From Eledone cirrhosa (lineage: Eukaryota), in the NCBI GenBank assembly GCA_964016885.1, contig OZ024741.1, forward strand, positions 190,464,001-190,528,000: a stretch of DNA of 64,000 nt, in the 5' to 3' direction. The translations under genes were made by a program, and so were the position numbers. Each line of letters begins with the position of its first letter. Position 1 is the stretch's first letter. Below, one piece after another: positions 40,584 through 53,735 of the stretch. The notes beneath the pieces are model-generated. The model did no database searches. It had not been told where the DNA came from and worked only from the letters and a program-made list of their open reading frames with translations.

Positions 40584-40927
40584 ATCATCATCATCATCAT
40601 TTCATTTTACGTCTGCTTTTTCCCTGCTTGCAAGGGTGGGACAGGAACTGATTCTGGCTTGATTTCTACAGCTGGATGCCCTTCCTAACATCAACCTCAT
40701 TTACAGTGAGTGCTGGGTGCTTTTTTGCCGTGGCACCTCCACGACCACTTTTCAGTGGAATGGTAGGGACCCCAGTCCCTATCATCTCATTTCTACAGCT
40801 GAGTAAACTGGAGCAATGTGAAATAAAGTGTCTTGCTCAAGGAAACAACACATCACCCGGTCTGAGAATTGAACTCACAACCTTTCGATTGCAAGGCTAA
40901 TGCTCTAACCACTAAGCCATGTGCCTC
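40584..40927 (-). mobile_element. Second CORE-type SINE copy
   Basis: Nearly identical to 25622-25961. Confidence 0.85.
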
Positions 40928-41807
40928 CATATATATATATATTTGTGTGTTGAACAATGAAAATGAAACAAAAGGCAAAGATAGGTTCTTAATTAGTTCA
41001 GTGTTTTACAATTGTTTCAGAGGGTTGATATGTGGTGGCATAACTACTATTAATTTGTCAATGTATCAATTTATCATGATCAATAAGCCCTCTGAAACGA
41101 TCATAAAACAATAAACTAATTGAGAACCTATATTCGCCTTCTGTGTCTGCATCCTGCTTATGTATGATCATATATTCTGTTGAGTACAAAAGAATTGTTG
41201 TGTTTTTTGACATAAACTGAAGGGTCCTCCCAACCCCTTGTTTGACAAGCTTTTTATGGCTAGATGCCCTTCCTAACACCAAACACTTTAAATATACTGG
41301 ATGCTATTATTTTGTAGATCACCAGCACTAGGGAGGTTGTCAAATTCTTGACACAACTAAAGGATCCTCCCAACACTTTGCTTGGCAAGCTTTCTAGGGA
41401 TGGATGCCCTTCCTATCACCAACTACTTTACACATGTACTGGGTGCATTTATTGTATAGATCTTCAACACTAAGGAGGTTGTCATGTCCTTGACATATAT
41501 ATATGTGCGTGTGTGTTGGGCTTCATACAAATTTCCTCTGCCAAATCCACTCATAAAGCGCTATGCAGTAAGATGAGAACCAATATGATGTGATTGCAAA
41601 GCTAACTTAACAACACAGCCATGCCTCAATGTATATATACCATATTTCCCGGCGCAGAAGACACTTCGTCCTCAAGAACGCACCCTAATTTTGATAACCA
41701 AAAATTTGAAAAGAAATAATAAACAACCTTCATGGATGCATAATTTTTGAGACTTATTTTAGGAAACAGGTAGCATCTTCGATGCTGGGAAATACGGTAT
41801 ATATCAT

Positions 41808-42025
41808 TTCACGTCCACTGATCCATGCTTGCATGGGTTGGACAGGTCTTTCTCAGCATAGCATCTCTCCACTTGTAACGCTTCTTCATCATCTCTTCTG
41901 CGAGTCTCAACAATTTGAGATCAGCTCTCACCACTTCCACCAAGGTCTTCCTTGGCTTTCCTCTACTGCGACTACCTTCCACTTGGATTTCTTGGCATTT
42001 CTTCACCCAGCAATTATTACCCATG
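41808..42025 (-). mobile_element. RTE 3' fragment
   Basis: WVKKCQEIQVEGSRSRGKPRKT plus tail. Confidence 0.85.
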
Positions 42026-42937
42026 CACTTGACATATATGTGTGTGTGTGTGTGTGTGTCTGTGTGTGTGTGTGTTTAATATAAAGAGTGGTGTGTTCAT
42101 GCGTGGAGATGCTATAAAATAGCTTATAAAATAGAGTGAAGACCCTTAAAGACAGAAAAAGAACTTGCCATTGTCCGCTACATGGAATCAAACCCCATAT
42201 CTCCCAGATACCGGCTAGGTGCTTTGAACCACATATGAAACAAACACGTAGAGGACACACTAGTCTGCACCAATCTTCTCTTCATCCCTTCTCATTCACT
42301 CTCCCCAGTCTTAATACTCTGCCCTCAATTACTAAATATTCCATGCACCTCATCAATGTCGAACTTGCTTACCTGTCCCCCCTAATACACCTTGACTGCC
42401 CAAACCATGCTTACAAGCATGAAAGCTGGACATGCTCTACCTCTCATCTCCCACAATGCCTTTGCCACGACAAAAAGCACTAAGTTCACCTTGTATGCTA
42501 ATCCAGTGTTACAACAACAAAATCACCCTGTCCATCCTGCGACATGAGAAAAAGCACCCAGTCCACTTTATAAGATGGTCGTGCTAATGGCATGACTAAA
42601 AACTTCCAGGCCACACTGTAACATGGTTGGAAGGGCATCCAGTCATAGAAAGCAAGCCAAAATACAGATCCGTCTAACCCAGGCAAGTGTCGAAAAATGG
42701 ATGTTAAACAATGATGATGATGATAATAATTGTTTCTACTTTTGGCACAAGGCCAGCAATTATCCCAGTGTATTACTGGTACTTTATTTTATCGACCCCG
42801 TAAGGATGAAAGGCAAAGTTAACCTCGGCGGGATTTGAACTCAGAATGGCAAGGGACGTAATGATGATGATGATGATGATGATGATAATGGAGAAAAAGA
42901 GGGAGAGCTAGAAAAATGTCATAAAAATGTTACTTAC

Positions 42938-43057
42938 TTTGTAACTGAGTTGACACTGCTCTTCACAGATGTGTGTGATTACTTGGTTGACCTCCTCAGA
43001 GATATCCTTCAGGAACCAATGGGCATACTGTACACTACTGGTGCCTATGGAATGCCT
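42938..43057 (-). CDS. NCKAP1: NCKAP1/Hem exon: RHSIGTSSVQYAHWFLKDISEEVNQVITHICEEQCQLSYK
   Basis: 120 nt; acceptor tgtgcag, donor gtaagt; phase 0-0. Confidence 0.94.
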
Positions 43058-43546
43058 CTGCACAAACAAATACATTTGAATATATTATATATGAAAAGAA
43101 AGGCATATGTAATAGAGATGGTTGGTTGGTTTTTAACAGATGGGATTATAGGGATGAGGATGTTTGTTAGGAGAAATAGTATTAGAAGAGAGGTAATAAC
43201 AAAGACAGGAGCTGATTAAAAGGTGGTTGGTGATTGTTAAATAGTATTCATGAATTTATTCAGTGATACCCTTCATTTACATTACTATATATGTGTGTAT
43301 GTATATGTGTTGCTATGACTAACCCCTTAGAGGCTTAGTCAACCTTTTATGAGGCTATATAACATGAGGTTGTGTTTCTATAATAGGGGCTCAGAAATAA
43401 TCCTGTTTACCAAGCCACCCCTCTCTCTCATGCACACACACACAGTATTGTGTGTTGGTAAATAGGATAATTTGCCATACTTAAAGTTTGGTGCAGTTAG
43501 TCAACTACACACATTGGTAGATCTGAAACAATCAAATATGTCACAT

Positions 43547-43900
43547 CTACTATATAAATGGCAATTTCTGTCTGTGTATCTATGTATAACTAGTTGGCAC
43601 CTACTCCAGTGATCCGATCCTGATGAAACTTTACACACATGCTAAGCAAATATTCAGAAACAGGACTGACTAATTGGATTTCAAATCAATAATGGAACCC
43701 CTAGGGACATCTTTACAATGGAGGAAAGAGAAGATGTTTCAGTGAGAGAAGAGGAAGAGGAGATACTACTACTGTATGTTAAATCCTCCCTCCTCCCACA
43801 ACTCAGTCCTCCAAAATGAGACAACAACTTATTAGAAACATACATAAAGAAATTTCAAACAAAGCAGACGACAATCTAATTTTGGTTGACGACTGAACAG

Positions 43901-43972
<72 letters not shown>

Positions 43973-44745
43973 CACACATCCACTGATACGTATTCTGAAA
44001 ACGTGCACATGCTTAGGTCATGTTAAGGTCAACTGCAGGAATCGGTGATAAGTTACAAAAAAGTGTGATGATCAATGACCTGGAAGTTGGCTTACCATGA
44101 GATTAGTCCGAAGAATAAAACCCAAATCGTATGTTGGCGAATATTCATACTCCCAGCATGTTAATTGTAACATGCCGTCTTTGAGAGTAGAGTTTATTTT
44201 GTTGATATTTCGAGGTGTTGGATCGTGGGAAGATTAACACGAATTAAGAAGATGTAACTTCTCCCCCATTATTGACACTTTGCAACAGTGAATGTTACAA
44301 GGCCCACTTTAGGGCCAACACTTCTGATTGTTTACCCGACTTATAATGGTGTGCTGTTTTGGGGTTATGTCTATTGTAGGGGGAAAAACGGGATGGTTTT
44401 ATTGAATTGCTTCAGTCATTCGAAGGGCTTTACAAATGGTGATATACAGGGTGCTTGAACAGTACCTGAATATGTTCACTCGGTTATAATTTCTTCAATA
44501 ATTGCGATGACTTCCTCAATTGTTCTGTGTTTGTTCTTGAGCGCTAAGGCAGTAAATTTGCTATTCTTATACTTAAACAGCTATTGATAGTTACACACAA
44601 AAAATTGATCTGCCGTAAACACACCTAGCAAAGGTTGCTATTGAAAATCCAGTATGGGCATCCAGGGTCACTAGCATTTTCAGGCGCACTCTGGGAACTA
44701 TGAATAATCCCACCTTTCTCGGGTATTACCGGATACTGCAGCTAG
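43547..44745 (+). mobile_element. Possible non-autonomous Helitron
   Basis: Starts TCTACTATATAAA; contains ccgatcctgatgaaactt; ends cgggtattaccggatactgcagCTAG. Confidence 0.4.
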
Positions 44746-45498
44746 CCTAACATATGTGTGTATTGAGCACTTTAGTTTTTGGCACAAAATCACAAATACT
44801 ATATATATATATTTAGATATATATTCTGAAATTTATATTATAAAAGAGAAGCTGTTTCTCCTTCTGTCTGTCACACAGAAGAGGGGAAAGGAGAAGGAGT
44901 GAAAAACTTTTTGAGAGAGAAATACAGTTCAATTGTTGCTGATGCAGACCAGACTGTTAGCCACTACTTTCTTTCATAGTATAACAACATACACCCCTTC
45001 AGGCCATTATTAGTTTACTACTACTACTGACTATGCTAGTGGCCATTCTCTCTTCTTTTCAGGCATATTGTTTCAGAATTGACATTTGCAGTATATTTTT
45101 CTCCAGGTGAAGATGGGAGGGAGCACTTTGACAGAGATTTGGTGCTATTTCTAGCAGATCAAGCTTTCTTGGTGTGTGGCTATCCTTTTGACCCTTTCAT
45201 AACTGTATTTCTAATGAAAAAGACTATTTCAATAAATCAATGAACAATTTTGAAGGATTTGCTAAAATTATCATTTATTTCATTACTAAAACAGTAACAT
45301 AACACATAGATCTCATCTAAAATTATGTTGGAAAATTTTAATTTAAATAGGAACCACTTAAAATAGGTGGTTTTGTTTCATAGGACCATAGCTGGTTTTG
45401 GCTAGGTTGGTAATAATAATATTTATGTGAATGAGCTACTGAATATGTGATGTAAAAGTAAAAAAAGGTTTTAAAAAAAAAGTGAAAACTGCTCTCAC

Positions 45499-45631
45499 CT
45501 CTTCCGGACATAAATCATGTGTAGCATTCATAAAATGTCCACATATCATTGGGAAGACAATACTGTATCTGTGTTGGGCTGGGAACTCCATGCATAATTT
45601 GAACTGATGCTCAAACAAAGCAGTGTAAAAA
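45499..45631 (-). CDS. NCKAP1: NCKAP1/Hem exon: (C)FYTALFEHQFKLCMEFPAQHRYSIVFPMICGHFMNATHDLCPEE
   Basis: 133 nt; acceptor tttcag, donor gtgaga. Confidence 0.95.
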
Positions 45632-47777
45632 CTGAAATCACAAACCATATTGTTAACATTCTCTTTTTCTATTGATAAAACTATTTTGTTAACACACTCT
45701 TTAATTCTTTTCTTAATAAAATCAGAAACTATTTTATTTATTTCAACGAACAACAATAATTTTAAACAGAAGAACCACAGAAGCAGACAACCATTTACAT
45801 TAACCCCCCCCCCCCCCCCAAAAAAACAAGGTGTCTTTCTCATAACCTTTTCATTGGAATAGGGAATAATATATAACAGATAATTACTTTGTATATTTTA
45901 TTGACATTTCAATAGCAAGTGAGAGAAACATTGAAGTCATGAATGTTACTAACTGCACCAATAAGTGACTTACCAAAATTAGTTTTCCAACTCTTGTTAC
46001 AGCAGTAGTACTTATTCTTAGGTCCAAACTAATAGGGGTGGGTGAGTGGAAAATCGATAATCTTTCTAGGTTGTCTCCTTTGATTATTTTTAAAAACAGA
46101 ATTAGACATTTACTTAACATATTGAGACTCCAACCCATCCTATTTATTTTATAACGTATGGGATTTCTTGTAATGTTCTTTTTTTGTTGGGCATAATGTT
46201 TTTTGATGTCTAAAGAAAATTAATTGTTGCAGGAATGCTACCACTTAAAATAAAATTTCGTTGGAGATAGATTAGCAAAATTTAATAAGCGGAAAGGTTG
46301 GAAATTTTCTGAAAATTCAATAAGGAGGAGGCTAAGGGGGATGGGTGAAATTATTTGAGACCCGAGAGTACTACTTTATCAGGCTATACTTTCATACCTT
46401 AATAAATATTTTCCTAAAAATCTTATATAACCCTTTTGAGAGCAAACTTCTTGAAACTGCCCCTGATTCTTTAATAAAACTTGTTTATCTTCAAGTGTTT
46501 ATATTTATCTAAAAATCTTTCATCATAATTTTATGTAAAAACCTTTAAGTTATGTTCCACCAGTTCAATAATAACAAAGTTAGTTATATCACTAAATTCC
46601 TCAAAATTCTTGATTATTTGAAAATTATAAATATGTTAATGAAAGGGTTAACAGAGGATTGCAGGATTGAGTATTTTCTAGAAACATCTGAAGTGGATTT
46701 CAACTTCAGATGTTTCATTGTTTCTAAGAGACAATATATAATTTTACATTCCTCACTTCACTTTCTGATGAAAAACTATGTACCAAAGTTTCTGAAAAAT
46801 AGCTATAAGGGTTGATATGGTCTTTAACATAGGAAGGAACAAAGACACACATTTTTGAAGAGGACAGTTCATTAAATCAATGCCAGTACCTGACTGGTTC
46901 TTCATTTTTTTTTAATGCAGAAGGATGAAAGTTAAAGTCAATTCAGGCGAGGGAAGGGGTGACCTCAAAGTGTAAAGAGACACAACTAAATACCTCAAGG
47001 TATTTTGTCCAATACTCTACCATTTTATTTGGTATCTTGCCGATGTTGTATGACATTTTACTGACTGCTTTCTACCACTTTTCAATAATGGCCAGACATT
47101 TTGAAGGAGGGAAAGTCGATTATATCAACTCAAGTACCTGAGTGGTACTTGAATTTATTTGAACTCAAAACAAAAAAAAAATAGAACAAATACCACGAGG
47201 CATTTTGTCCAATGCTCTAATGATTCTGTCTATTCAACCACATTTCAATAATAATTTCAATTTAGACACAAGGTCAGTAAAGCTGGGGGAATGGCAAAGT
47301 TGATAAATGAACTCCAGTATTTGACTGGGACTTTATTTTAATCAACACTGGAGAGATGAAACGCAAAGTTGACCTTGGCATGATTTGAACTCAAAGTGCA
47401 GTGAGCCAGAATAAGTAACATGGCTTAATCTGAGGCCATAATGACTGCCAATTCACTGCATTTCAATAATAATAATAATAATAATTGTTTCTACTTTGGG
47501 CACAAGGCCAGCAATTTGAAAGGAAGGGGAAAGTTGACTAAATTAGCTAAAGTGCTTTATTGATACTTTATTTTATTGACCCCGAAGGATGAAAGGCAAA
47601 GCTAACCTTGGCAGGTTTTGAGCTCAAAACGTAAAGGGTTGTAACTATAAGCCACAAAGCATGTTGTCTGACTCTCTACAACTCTACCAATCCACTGCCC
47701 ATAATAAAGAAAGATGAAAATATTTTTTACATAAAATTTCTACTTTTTAATGAGAAGTGCAATAAAAGAAACCTTAC

Positions 47778-47923
47778 CAATATATAGACAAATCAGCCGT
47801 TTCTATGAGCATTTCATCCAGATAATCCACCATTTTGGTATGAAACACAACCATATTTAAATGTTTTGCCATGTCACCCTGGTCTTGCAGTTTAATAGCT
47901 GACTTGCTCATACTAGTGTATGC
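47778..47923 (-). CDS. NCKAP1: NCKAP1/Hem exon: AYTSMSKSAIKLQDQGDMAKHLNMVVFHTKMVDYLDEMLIETADLSIY(C)
   Basis: 146 nt; acceptor ccacag, donor gtaagg; FHTKMVD motif. Confidence 0.95.
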
Positions 47924-48496
47924 CTGTGGTTGTTAAAGCAGAACAATTGAAATTTTATTAAACAATGGCAAGAGGAATTTAAAAAAATATATTTTAATTC
48001 TTATCTAAATACTTTTTAGAAATTAAGCACTAATGTTATGCAAATTGGAATTTCCAGTTTGCTGATGCTACAAATCTTTGGTGAGCTTATAAAGTCATTA
48101 GTTGCATATTTCTCTATGCAGAGAGAATGGTGTACAAAACCTCTGTAGCTGACTCTAGCTAGAATCATTTGCAGTAAAATAAAGTAAACACTTTAATATT
48201 TAATGTGATGCAGTCATCATGCAGTTTTGTACTTTTCAAAAATGTCATGCTAAAGTGATTTCATGACCATTAAGATTTAAGTTACATTTCAAACATCATC
48301 TTAATATACCAACATGTTCCAAAACTAACTTCACAATAATATAGTTATTTTACCAAATTAATTGAAATTCTTGATGATTTTCAAAATGAACTGATGCACA
48401 CAGGCAGAGTATTTCATTAAAAATGTGGCAATGGAAATATTAATTAAGCTTTATTTTCAAAATTCACAAAGGAAAAGAGAAGTTTCTATGAATTAC

Positions 48497-48555
48497 CTGA
48501 AGCCTAAACCAGTCTAGTCGAACACCTCGGAAATCAAAAAGTTCATTATTTTCCA
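48497..48555 (-). CDS. NCKAP1: NCKAP1/Hem exon: (V)ENNELFDFRGVRLDWFRLQ
   Basis: 59 nt; acceptor tttcag, donor gtaatt. Confidence 0.95.
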
Positions 48556-49025
48556 CTGAAATAGTAAAAAATAAACAAATAACAAGCTCAGTCAAAATAT
48601 TTCACATATTTTGTATCAAAATTGCAATGAAAGAGGTTCTTATTTAAAGCAAACCAATAATTTGATGCTGAATACTGAACTCTAACCCAAACCTAAAGTA
48701 TTAATATACTTCATACTAAAATACTGTTCTGGCATTGTTGGAGCAATTGAGAGTGTGTTTAGTAATGTTTAAGTTTTAAACCAATGACACAATTTCACAA
48801 AGTCATGCAAGTCCCCAGCACAGAACATAAACATATGTGTATTAATTCACCTCTTCGAAATCACACACACACACACATCCAGGGAGTGTAACATGAAGTT
48901 ACTGTAGGTTCACTCAGGTGAGCACTCGATATTTAGATTCACATAGTAGCGAGGTGTAAAGCTAGACAGAGTGTAATATAATAATACAAGGACAATTTGA
49001 TATGCCTTCATTACGTTTATTGATT

Positions 49026-49100
49026 GGTGACACGCATTTCGCTATTGATCAGCTGAAGGTTTGATCTGGCTCGAATCTGAAATCAAAAGCTCGTCAGACC
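49026..49100 (-). ncRNA. Type-I hammerhead motif (family C), sense to host pre-mRNA
   Basis: GGU CUGACGA GCUUUUGAU...AUCAAUAGC GAAA UGCGUG UC ACC; GUC triplet. Confidence 0.7.
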
Positions 49101-50042
49101 TTGTTTTGATTGGTGGTTTAGCTATGAGGAATGTTTTGGCATGTGAGATAGTTGGGGGATGAACATAGTGATGAGGTGGTGGTGGTGGTGGTGGTGGTGA
49201 GGAGCGATGGTTGATGTGAGTTGCAGGGCTTTGGTGTTTTGGCTTATCATAGACATTTTGCTGTGTACATGGTGAGGCGGCGGAGGTGCTGTGTGTGGTG
49301 TGCATGTGGTAGGGCTGTACGTGATGGGAGATGAAAGAGTGTGATGCTGTACTAGAGGTGGGGGTGGGGGTTTCTACTGGTCATCAGTTTGTCACAGAAG
49401 AGTGAGTGGAAAAAAAGGAAGGAGAGCAGACATAATTGAGGTAAGTTATACTAGGTTGGGGTGGGGCTTATTTGTAAGCTGTTTAGACATCGTTAAAGGG
49501 GATTTGCACTATAAAGAATTAATGAAATAATGAATTATATGCACCGGTATCTTGCCTTTACCCACAACTTTTTAGCAACCTTTAAAAAAAATTTTTTTTA
49601 TAGTCTTTTCAAACACTAACCTCATACCATAATTCATTATTTTGTTAATTCTTTATAGCGCAAATCCCCTTTAACAATGTCTAAACAGCTTACAAATAAG
49701 CCCCACCTAAACCTAGTATAACTTACCTCAATTATGTCTGCCCTCCTTCCCATCACTTACAGCCCTACCACATCCACACCACATACAATACCGCCGCCTC
49801 GCCTCACCACGTACACACCAATATGTCTATGGCTGGCCAAAACACCACACCCCTGCAACCATCGCTCCTCACCATCTCCACCACCTCGGCACTATGCTCA
49901 CCCCCCCACCTATCACACATGCCAAAACATTCCTCATAGCTACACCACCAATCAAAACAACATAAACTGACCACCATACCAACGCGAAACGTTACAGACA
50001 TTTCTATGCTTTATATGTTCATTCTGTCATTACAACAGCAGA

Positions 50043-50127
50043 GGTCTGACAGGCTTTTGATTCCAGAGTCGGGCCAGATCGATACAGATCAAACCTTGAG
50101 CTGATCAATAGCAAAACACGCGTCACC
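50043..50127 (+). ncRNA. Degenerate inverted copy of the family C hammerhead (core mutated)
   Basis: GGU CUGACAG GCUUUUGAU...AUCAAUAGC AAAA CACGCG UC ACC. Confidence 0.55.
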
Positions 50128-50316
50128 AATCAATAAACGTAATGAAGGCATAACAAATCGTCCTTGTATTATATATATATATATAACAAGCCAGCATGGA
50201 AGAACAGCTGTTAAATGATATAAGGTGTGGTTATCTAACCTGTCAAATCTCAGTACACAAGAAGTTGTCTAACCCATGCCAACATGTAAAATAGATGTAA
50301 AACAGTGATGATAATA

Positions 50317-51925
50317 TCATCATCATCGTTTAACGTCCGTGTTCCACGCTTGCATGGGTTTGGACGGGAGTTTTCCCACTTGAGGCAAGAGTGATTGTCT
50401 TGCTCGCATAGGACTGTCTGGCGGGTTTTCTACAGCTGGATGCCCTTCCTAACACCAACCACATTTACAGTGTGGGGCTGGGAGGTTTTTACCGTGTTGC
50501 CTACACGGCCACATTACAGCGTGGACTGTGTTTTTTTTTTGTCGTGACACCTACACGATCTCATTTGTTTTGGCCTGGATGTTGTGGCATCAACATAACT
50601 TTACATTGAAAGGGGTGGTGTGGATGGGGTGGGGGGACGGGGGTGTATTTTGTTAGAGATGCCTACTGACTGTAGTAGGTTTTACTATGTATTTAGGTAA
50701 GGCGGGTCTTCTCTGTTACTGAGTACCGCCAAAGGTCTCGGTCCAGTGACATTGTCTTGGAGAGGTGGAAGTGTGTGAGGTCGGAATTTATCAGCTCGTC
50801 CCAGGTTTTTCTGGGTCTGCCTACTCCGTAGCTACCGTCTATCTTTATTGCCCTGCACTTTGTTATACAGCTGTCGTCTTTCATGCGCATCACGTGACCA
50901 TACCAACGTAGCCTTCTCTTGAGTAAACAACATCTGATCCCTCTTATTTCTAATTTTTTCCTTAGTTCGCTTATGCTTTGCCGTTCACGTATATTACTAT
51001 TACACATCCAGTGGAGCATGCAAGCCTCGTTCCTCTCTAGTCTGCGTATATCCTCTGCATACAATGCCCAGGTCTCACTGCCATGCAACATTGCTGTTCG
51101 TATGCAGGCATCATACAACCTGCCTTTCATTTTTAGGGAGAACCCTTTAGCGGCTAATAGTGGTATAAGCTCTCTGAACTTTTTCCATCCAGTTCTGACT
51201 CTAGCTACTGTACTTTCAGAGCACCCTCCCCCACTGCTGATTTTGTCACCCAGGTAACGGAAGCTGTCCACTATTTCTATAGAACCCTCTGCGCAATTGA
51301 AAGAGCTAGTATTTTGTGGGCACTTGCTGCTACTTATTGCACCAGAGCACCGGCCACATGTAAAATCTATGTTCTTAGTTAGCTTACCTGTGATCCCACT
51401 ACATCTTTTATACACACATACTTTGCATTTGGGACATAAAATGGAGTTTCTACCTACGCCTTTCCTACACACTGAGCATGGCCATTTCCCGGAAGGAACC
51501 GTCGCCTTATTTTCTTTCCTACAAACTAGAACTTTAGTCTTAGCCAGGTTAATTTTAAGGCCTTTTGATTCTAGGCCGTGCTTCCATGTTTGGAATTTCT
51601 TCTCTAGTTCGGCCATTGATTCAACTATGAGCGTTAGATCATCTGCGTATAGGAGTTCCCATGGGCAGCCGGTCTTGAACTCCACTGTTATAGCCTGAAG
51701 GGCAATAATAAATAGTAGGGGGCTAAGAACAGAGCCCTGATGAACACCAACTTTTACACTAAACTCTTCACTATATTCGTTGTTAATTCTAACCTTGCTG
51801 ACTGTTTCTTTATACATGGCTTGTATAGCTCTCACAAGCCATTCATCAACACCTAGTTTTCTAAGAGCCCACCAGATAATGGAACGGGAACTCTGTCGAA
51901 CGCTTTCTCCAAGTCAACAAAAGCT
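50317..51925 (-). mobile_element. Young 5'-truncated RTE LINE with uninterrupted 380-codon frame
   Basis: ORF 50693-51835: GVHQGSVLSPLLF, PWELLYADD, PHD-like finger, RRLRWYGHV. Confidence 0.95.
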
Positions 51926-52187
51926 ATGTATGTATTTTTATGTGTATGTGTGTGTGTGTATGCCAGTCACTGCAAATGTCACATTGACATCGTTTATAAA
52001 AAAGAAGCTATTGATGACATTGCTGGTATGGGTTGTTAAAGTCTGAGTCAATAATTACTCAGAGTTACTCGATGGGTCAGAGGACCATGTTTGTTTCAAA
52101 CAACAACAAAAGAGCCACAAACCAGACATGACATGGCATGACACCACACCACTCAACACAGCACCTTTAGATGAGAATGGTCCTTAC

Positions 52188-52269
52188 CTTGTTTTATAGA
52201 CATAGAAGATATAGTGCTATAGACTGATGATAAAATCACGGATTCGTCTTCAGGACACGTTGACCAGTT
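52188..52269 (-). CDS. NCKAP1: NCKAP1/Hem exon: NWSTCPEDESVILSSVYSTISSMSIKQ(V)
   Basis: 82 nt; acceptor tttaaag, donor gtaagg; CPEDES motif. Confidence 0.95.
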
Positions 52270-53485
52270 CTTTAAACAAAAAAAATAGAAGCCAATAGAA
52301 TAACATATAGATTAATATATTCAGCTGTAGTCACAGTGATCTGAGGTTTAAGGAGAATCAAGTTGGGGTGGAAAAGAAAGAGAGAGGAAGTATTATTGTT
52401 ATTATTATTCTAATTCAGTATCCTTGTGTGTAGTAAGTGTCAAGTAAAAGAGCTGGCACCAGGAAGTGCATCTGGCTGTAAAACACTGCTTCAAGGAATT
52501 TAGTTAAGATAAGTAACATTTTCATTACTAAGCTGGAGTTTGTAACAAAAATATGCTGAAAAGTTTTAATATAAATATAAACACTTTAAAACAGGCAGTT
52601 GTATATTATAGAACCAGAGGCAGTTAGAGGTGGTTTGTTATTGAAAGTGTTAAGGTTCCCAAGGACCTGGTGGAGGTGTGTTGAGTCTACAACTCTACTT
52701 AGACACCAAAGAACCAAGCAGTGATGTTAAAACATCAGAAATACAAACACTTTTAATAGATTCTAAGACTTGATTAATTAATGGTAGAACATATGAAATG
52801 TATGAAGTCAATTAATCAATAGTTGTGTAATATTTTGCAGTAAATTTAGATATTTTAATTAAGTATCATAATGGAAAACCAGAATGGAATACCAGAATGT
52901 AGAGGCAGTTCCTATTTACTGTAAAGTGGTCATGTAGGTGTCACTACAATAAGCACCCAACACACACTATAAATGTAGTTGGCATTAGGAAGGGCATCCA
53001 GCTGTAGAAAACAAGCCAAAATCAGTTCCATGTGTGCAAATCAAGGTCCTCTGACCTGATCTCCCACAAAGGGACTGCCTGTCCTACCCATGATAACGTG
53101 GAAAATGGACGTTAAATGATGATATATATATATATATCCTCCTCAGTAGTTACTCATAATCAGGTAAAATACCAAGGGAAATGGAGAAAAATGGACAGAA
53201 GAACCTTTTCATTTTCCCCTGTCCATATGGGTATCTTAACTGATTTTCTCAACTTTTATTTATAGTGATCAAATGATATTAAAATAATTTTCTGCATTTT
53301 CTTGCAATTTCATACACACACATACAACCACATAAACATGTGAGAGATCCAAATGCAGAAGATGACTGTAATAACATTTCTCCAAAATGACTGACTGAAT
53401 ACACACATGCTTTTCTCTCAAAACATTTATTCTTCCATTCCTATCACTATCTGTCTTTCTATTTCATCTTTTATTTCTCATTCTA

Positions 53486-53521
53486 TTTTCTGATGACAGA
53501 CTAGTGCCTGAAACGTTAAGG
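53486..53521 (+). ncRNA. Minimal hammerhead motif (family B, copy 2, degenerate)
   Basis: UUUU CUGAUGA cagacuagugccu GAAA CG UU AAGG; flanks homologous to ~22240-22360. Confidence 0.5.
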
Positions 53522-53608
53522 CCCTTTTCGTACTATATCAAGAGTTAAACTAATACATTCATTGTAATGTGTCATTTACTTTGTTGTTTCTGTTTACCTT
53601 TTGCACAG

Positions 53609-53735
<127 letters not shown>

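Larger units (their letters stand above)
48979..50172. mobile_element. Inverted pair of Penelope-like terminal repeats (arms ~48979-49538 and ~49629-50172)
   Basis: Arms are diverged reverse complements; each has a hammerhead motif near its outer end. Confidence 0.7.
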
